This document shows positions 7,786 to 19,037 of a stretch of 64,000 bases of DNA, in pieces. Position 1 is the stretch's first letter. The number at the start of each line of letters is the position of its first letter. The stretch comes from Candidatus Curtissbacteria bacterium (GTDB lineage: Bacteria; Patescibacteriota; Microgenomatia; Curtissbacterales; GWA2-41-24), in contig JAUSJC010000010.1 of assembly GCA_030647775.1 (NCBI GenBank), forward strand, positions 136,718-200,717. Direction: 5' to 3'. The notes beneath the pieces were generated by a model. It did not search any database. It was not told the DNA's origin and saw nothing but the letters and a program-made list of their open reading frames with translations. A program made the position numbers and the translations under genes.

Positions 7786-10700
7786 ACGAATTGATTGACT
7801 TTGAGGCATTAAAATTAACTCTTGCCAGTCTCGATGACATCAAAACCTGGTCGTTCGGGGAAGTTACTAAACCGGAGACTATCAATTACCGAACTCTAAA
7901 GCCGGAAAAAGACGGTCTTTTTGACGAACGCATTTTTGGCCCGACCAAAGACTGGGAATGTTACTGCGGCAAGTATAAAAGGATCCGCTACCGCGGTATT
8001 ATTTGTGATAAATGTGGCGTTGAGGTAACCCAATCTCGGGTCCGCCGGGAAAGAATGGGTCATATCACCTTGGCCGCTCCGGTTGTTCACAACTGGTTTT
8101 TCAAAGGCAGTCCTTCAAAACTTGGTCTCCTGCTGGACATTTCTCCAAGAAGCCTGGATGCCGTTGTCTACTTTGCTTCTTACATGGTTATCACAGTCGA
8201 CCAAGATAAGAAAAAAGAAGTGATTAAGGCGCTCGAAGGGGAGCTTGATAGAAAAAGGAAAGAGCTTCAGGCAGACCTCAAAAAACAAATTGACCAAGAG
8301 GCTAAAGACACTAAAAAAGAAATCGACCGCATTAAATCAAAAGACGCCAAAGCCCGCGAGCAAGTCGATTTGAAAATCGAGGAGATGTCGCTCGCCTCCC
8401 GCCAGAGGCAGGCAAAACTCCGGGACGAAAATGTCCAGGAAGTTTCCCGGCTTGAGGAAATTTACAAAAATATTACCTCAATGGTCAATGCCATTAAGCC
8501 GCTTGATCTTCTTTCAGAAGACGAATACATGAAATTGGAAGATTATGATGCTTCCGGTTTTGCAAAAGTCGGCATGGGTGCTGAAGCCGTCCTTCAAGTT
8601 TTGGAAACGCTTGATCTTTCTAAACTGTCGGCTTCTTTGAGGGAAGAAATTTCCAGGATTACAGGCCAAAAACATATTAAAGCAACCAAAAAATTAAGGG
8701 TTGTTGAAGGTATGAGAAAAGCCGGGGTTATGCCCTCTGCCATGATCATAAAAATTCTTCCGGTTCTCCCGCCGGATCTTCGCCCTATGGTCCAGCTTTC
8801 CGGCGGCCGTTTTGCCACCTCCGACTTAAATGACCTTTACAGGCGCGTTATCAACAGGAACAATCGTCTTAAGAAGCTAATCGAACTTGGCGCCCCGGAA
8901 ATCATTCTCAGAAATGAAAAAAGGATGCTGCAGGAAGCCGTCGATGCTCTTATCGATTCCCAAAGGGTCAAATTAACCCGCGCGTCCAAGGAACTGCGTT
9001 CACTTTCCGATATGCTCCGCGGCAAACAAGGCCGCTTCCGCCAAAATCTTTTGGGCAAGCGCGTCGACTATTCCGGACGTTCTGTTATCGTTGTCGGTCC
9101 GGAACTTTCCCTAAATCAGGTTGGTATTCCTAAAGAAATGGCCTTGGAAATGTTCAAGCCGTTTGTTTTGCGTGAAGTCATAGGCCAGGGTCTTGCCCCC
9201 AACGTTAAAAGTGCCAAACATTTTATGGAAAGGCGAAGCGGAGAGGTTTGGGACATTCTGGAAGGCATCACCAAGAACCACCCGGTTCTTTTGAACCGTG
9301 CCCCTACATTGCACCGTCTTGGCATCCAAGCTTTCTTCCCGATTCTAATCGAAGGCAGCGCCATCAGGGTTCATCCTTGTGTCTGTGCCGGTTTCAATGC
9401 CGATTTTGATGGTGACCAGATGGCTGTACACGTTCCGCTTTCTAAAGCATCCCAAGAAGAAGCAATTGCGCTTATGATGTCGGCCAAAAACCTGCTTCGT
9501 CCGGCAGACGGGTCGCCAATCACACTGCCTAATAAAGAGATGGCTCTTGGAATTTATTATCTAACATCTATTGATCCCGCGGTGAGTGCAAACGAAAATA
9601 TTTTTGACGACGAGAGGCAAGTGGTTCTGGCCAAAGAACTCGGCAAAATTGCGGTTCGCCAAAAGATTAAGCTTAGACTCGGCAAAGATGTCCTTGAAAC
9701 TTCGGCCGGCCGGGTTCTATTCAATATGCAGCTACCGTTCCAAATGCGTTTTATAAACGAAACTGTTTCAGCCGCATACATTAAAAGAATCATCAACAGT
9801 GCCATTGACGGAATAGCCGAAGAAGAAGTAATCGAACTCATTGACAGGCTTAAAAACCTGGGTTTTGAAGGTGCCACGTTCTCCGGTCTTTCTGTCTCTG
9901 TTTTTGATTGTCTGATAGTTTCCGAGAAGCCGATTATCATTGCCCGGGCCGAAAAAGAAGTTGAGGGAATAGAGAAAAACTTCAAACTTGGTTTAATAAC
10001 CAAAGATGAGGAAAAACGTCTATCCCAGGAAGTCTGGCTGTCAGTCACCAACGAGATTGCCGATTTGACCTGGAGAAGTTTGCCATTCGACAACTCGATT
10101 AAAATTATTTCCGATTCCGGCGGTTCCCGCGCTACAGCCGAACAGGTCAAACAGCTTTCGGCAATCCGCGGTTTGGTAACCGATCCATCCGGACAAATTG
10201 TACCATTGCCGATTAAATCAAACTTCCGCGAGGGCCTTTCCGTTTTTGAATATTTCACCAGCGCCCGTGGTGCCAGAAAAGGCCTTGCCGATCGTGCCAT
10301 TAAAACTGCCGAATCTGGTTACTTAACCAGAAGGCTCGTCGACGTTGCTCACGATGCAATCGTTCGCATGGAAGATTGCGGGACCAAAGCCGGAATTACT
10401 ATTTCCAAAACCGACAAGCGCCAGGCGGCATTTGGCTTGCGTCTTGTCGGTCGGGTGGCCGCCGCCGATATTCTGTCTCCCAAAAACAAAAAAGCAATTG
10501 TTGCCGCGGGCAGCCAGATTTTGGAGTCCTCTCTTCCCGAAATTGATGCAGCCGGCATTACATCTGTGCAGGTTAGGTCTGTTCTGACATGTGAGGCAAA
10601 ATACGGCCTTTGCGCGCAGTGCTACGGCCGTGATTTAGTCACCCGCGAAATGGTAGCTCTCGGTACCCCCGTTGGCGTCATCGCCGCCCAGAGTATTGGT

Positions 10701-11468
10701 GAACCCGGTACCCAGCTTACCATGAGAACATTCCATACCGGCGGTATCGTTGGTCTTGATATTACCCAGGGCTTGCCGCGTGTTGAAGAACTTCTTGAAG
10801 CCCGCGTTCCCAAATACGCCGCCCAGATTTCCGAAATTGCCGGCAAAGTTAAGATCGAAGAATCCGAAGAAGGCTACACGGTTAAAATCAAAAGTACCAA
10901 CATTAAGCCGCCGGTCGAACGCGAATACTTTATTCCGCCAACTTCCGAGCTTACTGTCACAGATGGCGATTTGGTAGCCGCCGGTACTGCGCTTTCGGCA
11001 GGATACTTGGATATTAAAGAAGTCCTTAGTATTTCCGGTCTCCGCCAGGCCCAGCAATACATTATCGACGGTACCCAGGAAGTCTACGAAAGCCAGGGCG
11101 TTGCCATCAACGACAAGCACTTTGAAGCAATCGTTAAGAAAATGAGTGAAAAGGTCAGGATCGAAACCCCCGGCGACACCGTTCTTTTGCCCGGGGAATT
11201 AATCGATAAAAACCGGTTCCAGGAAGAAAACACTAAAGTTCTGGCAGAAGGCGGCGAACCGGCAACGGCCCAGGTTGTCATCTTGGGTATTACGCGCGCG
11301 GCCCTTTACACCGAAAGCTTCCTTTCGGCTGCTTCCTTCCAGGAGACTACCCGTGTCTTAACCGACGCCGCCATCGAAGGCAAAACTGACCGCTTAATCG
11401 GCCTTAAAGAAAATGTCATCATCGGTCGTCTCATCCCGACTTCTCCGGAAAGAGCAGCGATAAAATAA
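7782..11468 (+). CDS. rpoC: DNA-directed RNA polymerase subunit beta'
   Basis: 1228 aa. The GTG start overlaps the rpoB stop (GTGA). It has the zinc motif CYCGKYKRIRYRGIICDKCGVEV and the NADFDGDQMAVH catalytic motif. Confidence 0.97.
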   Translation: MNELIDFEALKLTLASLDDIKTWSFGEVTKPETINYRTLKPEKDGLFDERIFGPTKDWECYCGKYKRIRYRGIICDKCGVEVTQSRVRRERMGHITLAAPVVHNWFFKGSPSKLGLLLDISPRSLDAVVYFASYMVITVDQDKKKEVIKALEGELDRKRKELQADLKKQIDQEAKDTKKEIDRIKSKDAKAREQVDLKIEEMSLASRQRQAKLRDENVQEVSRLEEIYKNITSMVNAIKPLDLLSEDEYMKLEDYDASGFAKVGMGAEAVLQVLETLDLSKLSASLREEISRITGQKHIKATKKLRVVEGMRKAGVMPSAMIIKILPVLPPDLRPMVQLSGGRFATSDLNDLYRRVINRNNRLKKLIELGAPEIILRNEKRMLQEAVDALIDSQRVKLTRASKELRSLSDMLRGKQGRFRQNLLGKRVDYSGRSVIVVGPELSLNQVGIPKEMALEMFKPFVLREVIGQGLAPNVKSAKHFMERRSGEVWDILEGITKNHPVLLNRAPTLHRLGIQAFFPILIEGSAIRVHPCVCAGFNADFDGDQMAVHVPLSKASQEEAIALMMSAKNLLRPADGSPITLPNKEMALGIYYLTSIDPAVSANENIFDDERQVVLAKELGKIAVRQKIKLRLGKDVLETSAGRVLFNMQLPFQMRFINETVSAAYIKRIINSAIDGIAEEEVIELIDRLKNLGFEGATFSGLSVSVFDCLIVSEKPIIIARAEKEVEGIEKNFKLGLITKDEEKRLSQEVWLSVTNEIADLTWRSLPFDNSIKIISDSGGSRATAEQVKQLSAIRGLVTDPSGQIVPLPIKSNFREGLSVFEYFTSARGARKGLADRAIKTAESGYLTRRLVDVAHDAIVRMEDCGTKAGITISKTDKRQAAFGLRLVGRVAAADILSPKNKKAIVAAGSQILESSLPEIDAAGITSVQVRSVLTCEAKYGLCAQCYGRDLVTREMVALGTPVGVIAAQSIGEPGTQLTMRTFHTGGIVGLDITQGLPRVEELLEARVPKYAAQISEIAGKVKIEESEEGYTVKIKSTNIKPPVEREYFIPPTSELTVTDGDLVAAGTALSAGYLDIKEVLSISGLRQAQQYIIDGTQEVYESQGVAINDKHFEAIVKKMSEKVRIETPGDTVLLPGELIDKNRFQEENTKVLAEGGEPATAQVVILGITRAALYTESFLSAASFQETTRVLTDAAIEGKTDRLIGLKENVIIGRLIPTSPERAAIK

Positions 11469-11506
11469 TCATGATCTGCTATAATTCGAGCTTAAGCGAG
11501 AATTAC

Positions 11507-11548
11507 AAGCTCTCTTATTTCGAACTTGTGAGAAACAAGCTCTCTTAT
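11507..11548 (+). promoter_or_regulatory. Two copies of the AAGCTCTCTTAT motif upstream of rpsL
   Basis: aagctctcttat at 11507-11518 and 11537-11548. The second continues into TATAAT, 16 nt before the rpsL ATG. Confidence 0.5.
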
Positions 11549-11562
11549 AATCTCAACCTTGT

Positions 11563-12060
11563 ATGCCAACAGTAAACCAATTAATTAGACACGGCCGACA
11601 TAATAAGATAAAACGTATTCACGCTACGGCGCTTCGTCGTGCTTTCAACTCCAAAGACAACCGCTACACATATTACCCGTCCGGTCAAAAGCGGGGAGTT
11701 TGCACCGTTGTCAAAACGATGACCCCCAGAAAACCCAATTCCGCTCTTCGTAAAGTTGCCCGTGTCAGGCTTTCCAATAAACAGGAAATTACTGCCTATA
11801 TTCCGGGTATTGGCCATGAACTGGCTGAACACTCAGTCGTTCTAGTTAGAGGAGGTAGGGTCAAAGACCTACCTGGTGTTAAATACCACATTATCCGCGG
11901 CAAATACGACGCTTCCGGAGTCAACAACAGAAAACAATCCAGATCGCTGTATGGAACCAAAAAATCCGGTGCCACAACCGGCAAGCAGGCTGCCGCTACA
12001 GTTGGCGCTAAAGCCGCCGCTCAGTCAGCTGCTCCCGAGGGAGGTACCGCAGGTGCCTAG
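11563..12060 (+). CDS. rpsL: 30S ribosomal protein S12, with an Ala-rich C-terminal extension
   Basis: [12 protein letters not shown]...PNSALRKV...[17 protein letters not shown], followed by a tail of about 30 aa reading [28 protein letters not shown]. Confidence 0.95.
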   Translation: MPTVNQLIRHGRHNKIKRIHATALRRAFNSKDNRYTYYPSGQKRGVCTVVKTMTPRKPNSALRKVARVRLSNKQEITAYIPGIGHELAEHSVVLVRGGRVKDLPGVKYHIIRGKYDASGVNNRKQSRSLYGTKKSGATTGKQAAATVGAKAAAQSAAPEGGTAGA

Positions 12061-12559
12061 AACTGGACACGTTAGAAAAATCAACGTCGCTCCCGACCCG
12101 ATTTACCAAAATACGGTTGTTGCCAAACTCATCAATAAAATCATGGTGGAAGGCAAAAAGTCCCTCGCCCAGAAAATTGTTTATGGAGCGTTCGACCTGA
12201 TTAAACTTAAAGGCCAGGATCCGGTTGCCACTTTCGAAAAAGCTTTGGAAAACGTTTCCCCGAAAACCGAAGTCAGGCCAAGAAGAGTCGGTGGGGCTTC
12301 ATACATGGTCCCGATCGAAGTCCGCGGCCCGCGCCGTCAGGCTCTTGCCATTTCCTGGCTTGTCCAGGCATCCCGTGCCCGAAGCCTCAAAGAAGTAGAT
12401 AGGGCAGTCGAAGGGCTTAAAAATAAACCCTTGGCCATTTCCAAACTGGCCACCGAAATTTTAGAAGCAGCGGCAGGCAGCGGTAAAGCCGTCGCCAAAA
12501 AAGAGGATATTCACCGCATGGCCGAAGCCAACAAGGCTTTCTCCCACTTCCGCTGGTAA
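12053..12559 (+). CDS. rpsG: 30S ribosomal protein S7
   Basis: Conserved S7 sequence begins at VPRTGHVRK...; a GTG at 12053 overlaps the rpsL stop. The 11876 ORF start would add a non-conserved N-terminus. Confidence 0.9.
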   Translation: MPRTGHVRKINVAPDPIYQNTVVAKLINKIMVEGKKSLAQKIVYGAFDLIKLKGQDPVATFEKALENVSPKTEVRPRRVGGASYMVPIEVRGPRRQALAISWLVQASRARSLKEVDRAVEGLKNKPLAISKLATEILEAAAGSGKAVAKKEDIHRMAEANKAFSHFRW

Positions 12560-12598
12560 TCTATCTAAGCTCGTTTCTATCATAAAACTGCCTGAATA

Positions 12599-14113
12599 AT
12601 GACAGGTTTAATTGACAGCGAACATCAACCACTTAATACTCTTACAGTAGAACTTCAGGCAGAACTTGGGTTTGAATACGATGCGAACCACGAGTGGTTA
12701 TTCAGTGATCATTTTGCATCGGTCGGTAGTGGTGATATTTATGAATTTTTACCGGCAAAAGTCAGAATTTCAGCAGATGGAACTCGATATCAAATTGGGG
12801 CAAGAAGAGTAGACATCGAAGGTCTTTTAAAGCTCGCCCGTTTAATAAATCCCCAATCACAAGGCATAGATACGGTTATAAATTTTTGGAACGGCCGTGG
12901 TGAAGTTAAAACAACAGCCGACGACGAGTTCATTTATATGGAAATAGGCATTGAACCAACTGCTGAAGGTTTAGAAAAAAAATACGATGTTTTAGGCGGT
13001 GCTTGGTACACAGCACTTTCTGCAGCTGTCAAAAATTTAACTTTCGAGCAAATGCAAAAAGATAGATGGTTTGGCGTCTCTATCAGAAATGTCTTGGGTG
13101 ACACCGAGGGTAACACAATGCAAAGCAGAAGAGTAATTTTCGGCCGCAGCCTCATTGAATCTTTTGAAGATCGAGAAAGTGAATTAGACGAAATGCCAGC
13201 GGAAACATTTAGAAGGGATACAGACAGTATGGCACCCAATTTAAGAGAATACCCGATTGGTTTTGATATTTTTGGTCTGGATAAAATGCCGGGGAGTTTA
13301 AAGTACAGAGGTATTGAAAGAAAGTCAGATGAGCTTTCACTCGGAACAAGAATTCAAGTTTATCATGACCCTAGTGGGCATTTTGCCGAAATTAATAACT
13401 ATCTACATAATTATAATTTTGAAACGCGTGAGTGGGAACGCGACAACTCCTTAAGATTAAAGCTTTTAGCCCCAGAAGGCACTGAACTTGACACTGTAGA
13501 TGATCTTAGAAGGGTCAAAAAAGCTCGACTAGTTGATAACGAATATAAAACTGAAACAGAGTACGACGTAACTGTCGCTGTTGATGATCATAGCTTACAT
13601 ATCGAATCTTCAGATGGAGAACTTGTCATAGTCCTAGGAGAACCGGGTTGTTTTGAGTGCAAAACTCCTTTATGGAAATTTCCTCATCAAAGGTACGTCG
13701 AAAAAACAAAAGGAATAGACTTTAAAACCATTAATAACCATGTGAGCGGCCATGATCAAAATGGATTAGATAGGTATTTTTTTTCGGAACAGGAAGGTCA
13801 AAGGGCAAAAGTATATTGCGCCGATTGTATTCCACAAAAAGTTGAAGATTATTTGCTGACGCATCCTTATGCCCATGAAGCGACTGCGCGAGGAATAATC
13901 CGAAAGCGTTTAGATGACGCGGGATATGGAGACGTGCAAATATGGCGAGATATGCTATCTCATACTGAGGGCAAATGGGTTGGAGAGGCCGTTATCCATT
14001 ATGAAAGAGACGGTCGCCAAATCACCAGATGTCCAGGAAGATTTGCCCTGACTGATGATGGCAAGTTTGAACCGGAGCTAATATCTCCAGAAGCTGCAAA
14101 TTTTAGGGCTTAA
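12599..14113 (+). CDS. Hypothetical 504-aa protein inserted between rpsG and fusA
   Basis: Long clean ORF with lower GC and A/T-ending codons, unlike the flanking str-operon genes. Cys pairs CFEC...CADC occur near the C-terminus. No family recognised. Confidence 0.6.
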   Translation: MTGLIDSEHQPLNTLTVELQAELGFEYDANHEWLFSDHFASVGSGDIYEFLPAKVRISADGTRYQIGARRVDIEGLLKLARLINPQSQGIDTVINFWNGRGEVKTTADDEFIYMEIGIEPTAEGLEKKYDVLGGAWYTALSAAVKNLTFEQMQKDRWFGVSIRNVLGDTEGNTMQSRRVIFGRSLIESFEDRESELDEMPAETFRRDTDSMAPNLREYPIGFDIFGLDKMPGSLKYRGIERKSDELSLGTRIQVYHDPSGHFAEINNYLHNYNFETREWERDNSLRLKLLAPEGTELDTVDDLRRVKKARLVDNEYKTETEYDVTVAVDDHSLHIESSDGELVIVLGEPGCFECKTPLWKFPHQRYVEKTKGIDFKTINNHVSGHDQNGLDRYFFSEQEGQRAKVYCADCIPQKVEDYLLTHPYAHEATARGIIRKRLDDAGYGDVQIWRDMLSHTEGKWVGEAVIHYERDGRQITRCPGRFALTDDGKFEPELISPEAANFRA

Positions 14114-14254
14114 TCTCGACTTGAAAGCTAAAGTGTGTTAGAATTTGCCCTTGTGATTTCAAGACTATCCACTTGCCCGAGTGAACACTTTCTGCTTAAA
14201 TAGGAAAATCGTATTTTGATTGATCTAATTACTAATTTCGAATTTATGAGAAAT

Positions 14255-14266
14255 AAGCTCTCTTAT
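14255..14266 (+). promoter_or_regulatory. AAGCTCTCTTAT motif upstream of the small ORF and fusA
   Basis: Same 12-mer as upstream of rpsL and tuf; it is followed by an AT-rich tract with aattagaaatta-type iterations. Confidence 0.45.
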
Positions 14267-14370
14267 TAACCTAAATCCTAAATAAATCCCAATTAGTAAA
14301 TGGTCCAAAATTTAGAAATTAGAGCATTAGAAAATTATTTAAAAATTAAAAATTAGAAATTAAAAATTTT

Positions 14371-14619
14371 ATGCCAAATATACCGACAAAAGGTCAAAAA
14401 TTAAAAGAACTTAAAAAGAAGCTTCACGAGTTGGAAGAAATTAAACTCAAAGAAGCTTTAGCCCGCTATGGCGAAGCTTTCCAGGAAACCTCAGCTCCGG
14501 GCGAAAGCGCAGCCTGGGAACTTGCCGACGAAGAAGTTTCCGTACTGCGGGCAATGGTTGCCGAAATTAAATCCGAAATTAAAAACCTCGAGCACCCGTT
14601 CCCCAAACCCAATAACTAA
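14371..14619 (+). CDS. Small hypothetical coiled-coil protein directly upstream of fusA
   Basis: 82 aa, K/E-rich helical N-terminus, ends 11 nt before fusA. Composition resembles the core genes. Confidence 0.5.
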   Translation: MPNIPTKGQKLKELKKKLHELEEIKLKEALARYGEAFQETSAPGESAAWELADEEVSVLRAMVAEIKSEIKNLEHPFPKPNN

Positions 14620-14630
14620 TTCATAAAAAT

Positions 14631-16775
14631 ATGGCCGCTGCTACTTCTAACCGTCAATATCCGCTCGAACGAATCAGAAACATCGGCATTATTGCCCATA
14701 TCGACGCCGGCAAAACCACCACAACCGAGCGCATTTTGTACTACACCGGTAAAACTTACAAACTGGGCGACATCGATGCGGGAACCACCGTTACCGATTG
14801 GATGGAGCAGGAAAAAGAACGCGGTATCACTATTGTCTCGGCCGCTATCACCACATTTTGGACGCCGACATCCGGTCCATACAAAGATATTGAGGCCCGC
14901 ATTAATATTATTGATACCCCCGGCCACGTCGATTTCACAGCCGAAGTCGAAAGGTCTCTGCGGGTTCTTGATGGCGGTGTTACAGTTCTTGATGCCGAAG
15001 AAGGCGTCCAGTCACAATCCGAAACTGTCTGGCGGCAGGCCGATAAATACAAAGTTCCCAGAATTTGTTTTGTAAACAAAATGGATAAAATGGGCGCCGA
15101 TTATTTTGCCACCTTAAAATCAATCCGCGACCGGCTGGGGGCTCCCGCTTATCCTTACAACATCCCGCTTGGCAAGGAAAACGATTTTAAAGGCGTCATC
15201 GACCTCTTAACCAAAAAAGCCTATACCTGGGATGAAGATGATAAAACCGGAATGAAGTTTACCGAAGTGCCAATTCCGGATGACCAAAAGGGGAATTGCC
15301 AAAAGTATCGTCACGAACTCGTTGAAAAAATTGCCGAAACCGACGATGCCCTAATCGAAAAGTATCTGGCCGGCGAGGAGATTGAGGTTAATGAACTTAA
15401 ATCCGCCCTCCGCCAGGCAGTTATTGAATATAAAATTGTCCCGGTTCTTGCCGGTTCGTCGCTCAGGAATAAAGGTGTCCAGCCGCTTTTGGATGCCGTT
15501 GTCGAATTATTGCCATCTCCGGTCGATATTGCCGAAATTAAGGGTACAAATCCAAAGACGGGTGAAGAAGAGGAGAGGAAACAGGTTTCCGATGCTCCAT
15601 TTTGTGGTCTGGCTTTTAAAATTCAAATCGATCCGCATGTCGGTAAACTCACTTATGTCCGTGTCTATTCCGGCGTTTTAAAGTCCGGCACAACCGTTGC
15701 CAATACTAGCAAACACGACAAGGAAAGAATCGGCCGTTTGCTCCTAATGCATGCCGACAAAAGGGAAGAAATTACCGAAGCCTATGCCGGTGAAATTGTC
15801 GGTGTCGTCGGTCTTAAATCAACCGGGACCGGTGACACTCTTTGTGACGAGTCAGCTCCAATCATTTTAGAATCAATTTCTTTTCCGGATCCGGTTATTT
15901 CGCTGGCTATCGAACCGGCAACCAAAGCCGACCAGGAAAAACTTGGGTATGCTCTTGGAAGACTTTCCGAAGAAGACCCGACTTTCAAAATTAAAGGTGA
16001 TCCCGAAACGGGGCAAACAATTATCTCCGGTATGGGCGAACTCCACCTGGAAATTTTGGTAGACCGTATGAAAAGGGAATTCAATGTCGCCGCCAATGTC
16101 GGTGCTCCTCAAGTAGCTTATAAGGAAACCATTAAAGAAATTGCTAAAGGTGAAGGCAAGTACATTAAGCAATCCGGCGGCCGGGGTCAATACGGTCACT
16201 GTTTTATTAGGGTTGAACCTCGGGGCCGCGGTGAAGGTTACGAATATATTTCCGAAATAAAGGGTGCCGCTATTCCTAACGAATACATTGGCTCGATCGA
16301 TAAAGGCATCAAAGAGAAAATGGAAATGGGTGTTATGGCCGGCTACCCGATGGTTGATATTAAAGCCGCCGTTTACGACGGTTCGTACCACGATGTCGAT
16401 TCGAGTGATGTTGCCTTTAAAATTGCAGGCTCCATGGCCTTTGAAGATGCTGTCAAAAAGGCCAATCTCGTTCTCTTGGAACCAATCATGAAAGTTGAAG
16501 TCACGATCCCCGAAGAATTTATGGGCGATGTCATCGGCGATCTTAGCGCCAAACGTGCCCAAATTCATGGCAGTGACCACCACGGCAACAGTGTCATTAT
16601 CAATGCGTTAGTTCCCTTGGCCGAAATGTCCGGCTACGTCACGACTCTGCGCTCCATGACTCAAGGCCGCGGTTCCGTCTACATGGAACCTTCCCACTAC
16701 GAAGAAGTCCCGGCAAATATAGCGGATAAGATTGTTGCTAAGGTGAAAGGTGAGAGCACCTCAAAAGAAAGTTGA
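14631..16775 (+). CDS. fusA: Elongation factor G
   Basis: 714 aa. The P-loop reads [15 protein letters not shown], followed by the DTPGHVDF motif. Confidence 0.97.
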   Translation: MAAATSNRQYPLERIRNIGIIAHIDAGKTTTTERILYYTGKTYKLGDIDAGTTVTDWMEQEKERGITIVSAAITTFWTPTSGPYKDIEARINIIDTPGHVDFTAEVERSLRVLDGGVTVLDAEEGVQSQSETVWRQADKYKVPRICFVNKMDKMGADYFATLKSIRDRLGAPAYPYNIPLGKENDFKGVIDLLTKKAYTWDEDDKTGMKFTEVPIPDDQKGNCQKYRHELVEKIAETDDALIEKYLAGEEIEVNELKSALRQAVIEYKIVPVLAGSSLRNKGVQPLLDAVVELLPSPVDIAEIKGTNPKTGEEEERKQVSDAPFCGLAFKIQIDPHVGKLTYVRVYSGVLKSGTTVANTSKHDKERIGRLLLMHADKREEITEAYAGEIVGVVGLKSTGTGDTLCDESAPIILESISFPDPVISLAIEPATKADQEKLGYALGRLSEEDPTFKIKGDPETGQTIISGMGELHLEILVDRMKREFNVAANVGAPQVAYKETIKEIAKGEGKYIKQSGGRGQYGHCFIRVEPRGRGEGYEYISEIKGAAIPNEYIGSIDKGIKEKMEMGVMAGYPMVDIKAAVYDGSYHDVDSSDVAFKIAGSMAFEDAVKKANLVLLEPIMKVEVTIPEEFMGDVIGDLSAKRAQIHGSDHHGNSVIINALVPLAEMSGYVTTLRSMTQGRGSVYMEPSHYEEVPANIADKIVAKVKGESTSKES

Positions 16776-16779
16776 GCAT

Positions 16780-16833
16780 GTCATCCTGAACTTGATTCAG
16801 GATCTGTAGTTCTCGCTTCGCTCGAACAATAAG
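16780..16833. repeat. Dispersed hairpin-repeat element (modules A+C)
   Basis: gtcatcctgaa-cttga-ttcaggatc is a perfect 8-bp inverted repeat. It is followed by gtagttctcgcttcgctcgaacaataag. Related copies lie at 1729-1794, 18295-18322, 18410-18434 and 19832-19944. Confidence 0.7.
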
Positions 16834-16983
16834 CCCAATTAACAATCAACCATCAACAATGAACAATTACTTTTCCCACTTGCATTTGCAAGCATTTTTA
16901 ATTAAACTTATCAGACTTGAATCCGAATTCATCCTAATTATTAGTCCGAATTTATTCGAATTAATTTTGAGCCTGCGAAAAAT

Positions 16984-16995
16984 AAGCTCTCTTAT
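16984..16995 (+). promoter_or_regulatory. AAGCTCTCTTAT motif upstream of tuf
   Basis: aagctctcttat followed by taggagtaaaaattcggataaatt, a leader shared with rplC and rplP. Confidence 0.45.
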
Positions 16996-17028
16996 TAGGA
17001 GTAAAAATTCGGATAAATTTGTGTATAA

Positions 17029-18213
17029 ATGGCTACTGGCAAATACGTAAGAAATAAACCACACGTTAATATCGGAACCATTGGTCACGTCGACCATGGC
17101 AAAACCACACTAACGGCGGCTATCACAAGCTGGGCCGCTTCCAAAGGATTTGGCGAAAAAAGGGCCTACGACCAGATTGACAATGCTCCCGAAGAAAAAG
17201 CCCGTGGTATCACCATCAACATTACCCACGTCGAATATGAAACCGCCAAACGCCACTACGCCCACATCGATGCCCCTGGTCACGCCGATTACATTAAAAA
17301 CATGATCACCGGCGCCGCCCAAATGGATGGCGCAATTCTAGTCGTTTCCGCTCCGGACGGCCCGATGCCTCAAACAAGGGAACACGTTCTTTTGGCAAAA
17401 CAGGTAAACGTTCCGGCAATTGTCGTTTTCTTAAACAAATGCGACATGGTTCAGGATGCCGAGCTTCTTGACCTTGTCGAAATGGAAGTTAGGGAACTTC
17501 TCGATAAATACGAATTCGACGGCAAAAACGCTACCATAATCCGCGGTTCCGCTAAAAAAGCCTTGGAAGGCGACGCCGAAGCCATGAAAGCAATTGAAGA
17601 CCTGATGAATGCTGTTGACGAAAAAATCCCAACCCCTGTTCGAGACCTTGAGAAGCCATTTATCATGCCTGTCGAAGACGTTTTCTCAATCAAAGGCCGC
17701 GGCACGGTTGTTACCGGAAGAATTGAAAGGGGAGTTGTTAAAGTTAACGACACCATTGAAATTGTCGGTATCCGCCCAACCAAATCAACAACCGTCACAG
17801 GCGTTGAAATGTTCAGAAAAGAGCTTGATCAAGGCCAAGCCGGCGACAACGTTGGCGTACTGCTCCGTGGTATTGAAAAAGATGACGTCGAACGCGGACA
17901 AGTTTTGGCAAAACCCGGCACCGCTACTCCTCACACCGAATTTGAAGCCGAAGTTTACATCCTAGCCAAAGAAGAAGGCGGCCGTCACACACCATTTTTC
18001 ACCGGCTACCGTCCGCAATTCTACATCAGGACTACAGACGTCACAGGCGAAGCCACTCTTCCGGAAGGTACCGAAATGGTTATGCCCGGCGACAACATTA
18101 AAATGAAAGTTAAACTTATTTCCCCCGTTGCTATGGAAGAAGGCCTGCGCTTTGCTATTCGCGAAGGCGGCCACACCGTCGGCGCCGGCGTAGTCTCTAA
18201 AATAATTGCCTAG
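17029..18213 (+). CDS. tuf: Elongation factor Tu
   Basis: 394 aa. [23 protein letters not shown] and NKCDMV motifs. Confidence 0.97.
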   Translation: MATGKYVRNKPHVNIGTIGHVDHGKTTLTAAITSWAASKGFGEKRAYDQIDNAPEEKARGITINITHVEYETAKRHYAHIDAPGHADYIKNMITGAAQMDGAILVVSAPDGPMPQTREHVLLAKQVNVPAIVVFLNKCDMVQDAELLDLVEMEVRELLDKYEFDGKNATIIRGSAKKALEGDAEAMKAIEDLMNAVDEKIPTPVRDLEKPFIMPVEDVFSIKGRGTVVTGRIERGVVKVNDTIEIVGIRPTKSTTVTGVEMFRKELDQGQAGDNVGVLLRGIEKDDVERGQVLAKPGTATPHTEFEAEVYILAKEEGGRHTPFFTGYRPQFYIRTTDVTGEATLPEGTEMVMPGDNIKMKVKLISPVAMEEGLRFAIREGGHTVGAGVVSKIIA

Positions 18214-18493
18214 GATCATAAGATCATTCGGTTTGCACAAGGGGCTATAGTCCTGAGTTGACCGAAGGATCTTTTTTTTGATACAATTGCCCGCGTATTG
18301 TTCGAGTGAGAGCGAGAACTATTTATATGATAACAAGAAGTAGAGACTTCAAGCCTAACCGCTTTTATAAATAACTTCTAGACTCCATTATTTCTCGAAC
18401 ACTCAACTGTCATCCTGAATTTGTTTCAGGATCTAGATTCCGAAATGAATTCGGAATGACCAAATTTTAAAGGTAGCACATTAAAAGAAAATT

Positions 18494-18802
18494 ATGCCAA
18501 AAGGTAGAATTCGAGTTAGGTTAAAAGCATATGACGCGCGAGTAATCGATGCGGCGTGCAAAGACATCATTAATACGGCTTTGGGGACCGGCGCCAAAAT
18601 TTCCGGCCCAATCCCGCTGCCGACGAAGATTGAGAAATTTACTGTCACAACCAGCCCGCATACCGACAAAGATGCGCGTGAAGCATTTGAGATGCGAATC
18701 CATAAACGCCTAATTGACATAATTGAACCAACAAACAAAACGATCGACTCACTTACGCATCTCGAGTTACCCGCAGGGGTGGATATTGAGCTGAGAATGT
18801 AA
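18494..18802 (+). CDS. rpsJ: 30S ribosomal protein S10
   Basis: 102 aa. IRVRLKAYD...[10 protein letters not shown]...[23 protein letters not shown]. Confidence 0.95.
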   Translation: MPKGRIRVRLKAYDARVIDAACKDIINTALGTGAKISGPIPLPTKIEKFTVTTSPHTDKDAREAFEMRIHKRLIDIIEPTNKTIDSLTHLELPAGVDIELRM

Positions 18803-18930
18803 ACTAAATATTTTAAAAACCGTTAACGATTAAACGATCAAGTATCGACAATTGTTAAGGGGGCACCTGAAAACCTACGTTCATGTGAACTGAACGTAGC
18901 GGAATCTCAAGGAGTCCTACTTTTTTTAGT

Positions 18931-19037
18931 ATCCGAATTGATCCGAATTCTTAATCCGAATGGACACGAATTCGTAACAAATTTAAAATAGCGCGTTAGG
19001 ATAAATTAGGACTAAAAATTAGGATAAATTTGGAAAA
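18931..19037 (+). promoter_or_regulatory. Conserved ~105-nt leader upstream of rplC
   Basis: ccgaattgatccgaattcttaatccgaatggacacgaattcg...ggactaaaaattaggataaatttggaaaaATG. Near-identical in organisation to 23213-23318 upstream of rplP. Confidence 0.5.

Noticed and set aside
14290-14370. An AT-rich tract with aaattagaaatta-type iterations could have been a CRISPR-like array or a tandem repeat.
   Set aside because: The units are irregular and low-complexity, with no spacer structure and no cas genes. More likely an AT-rich promoter or UP region.
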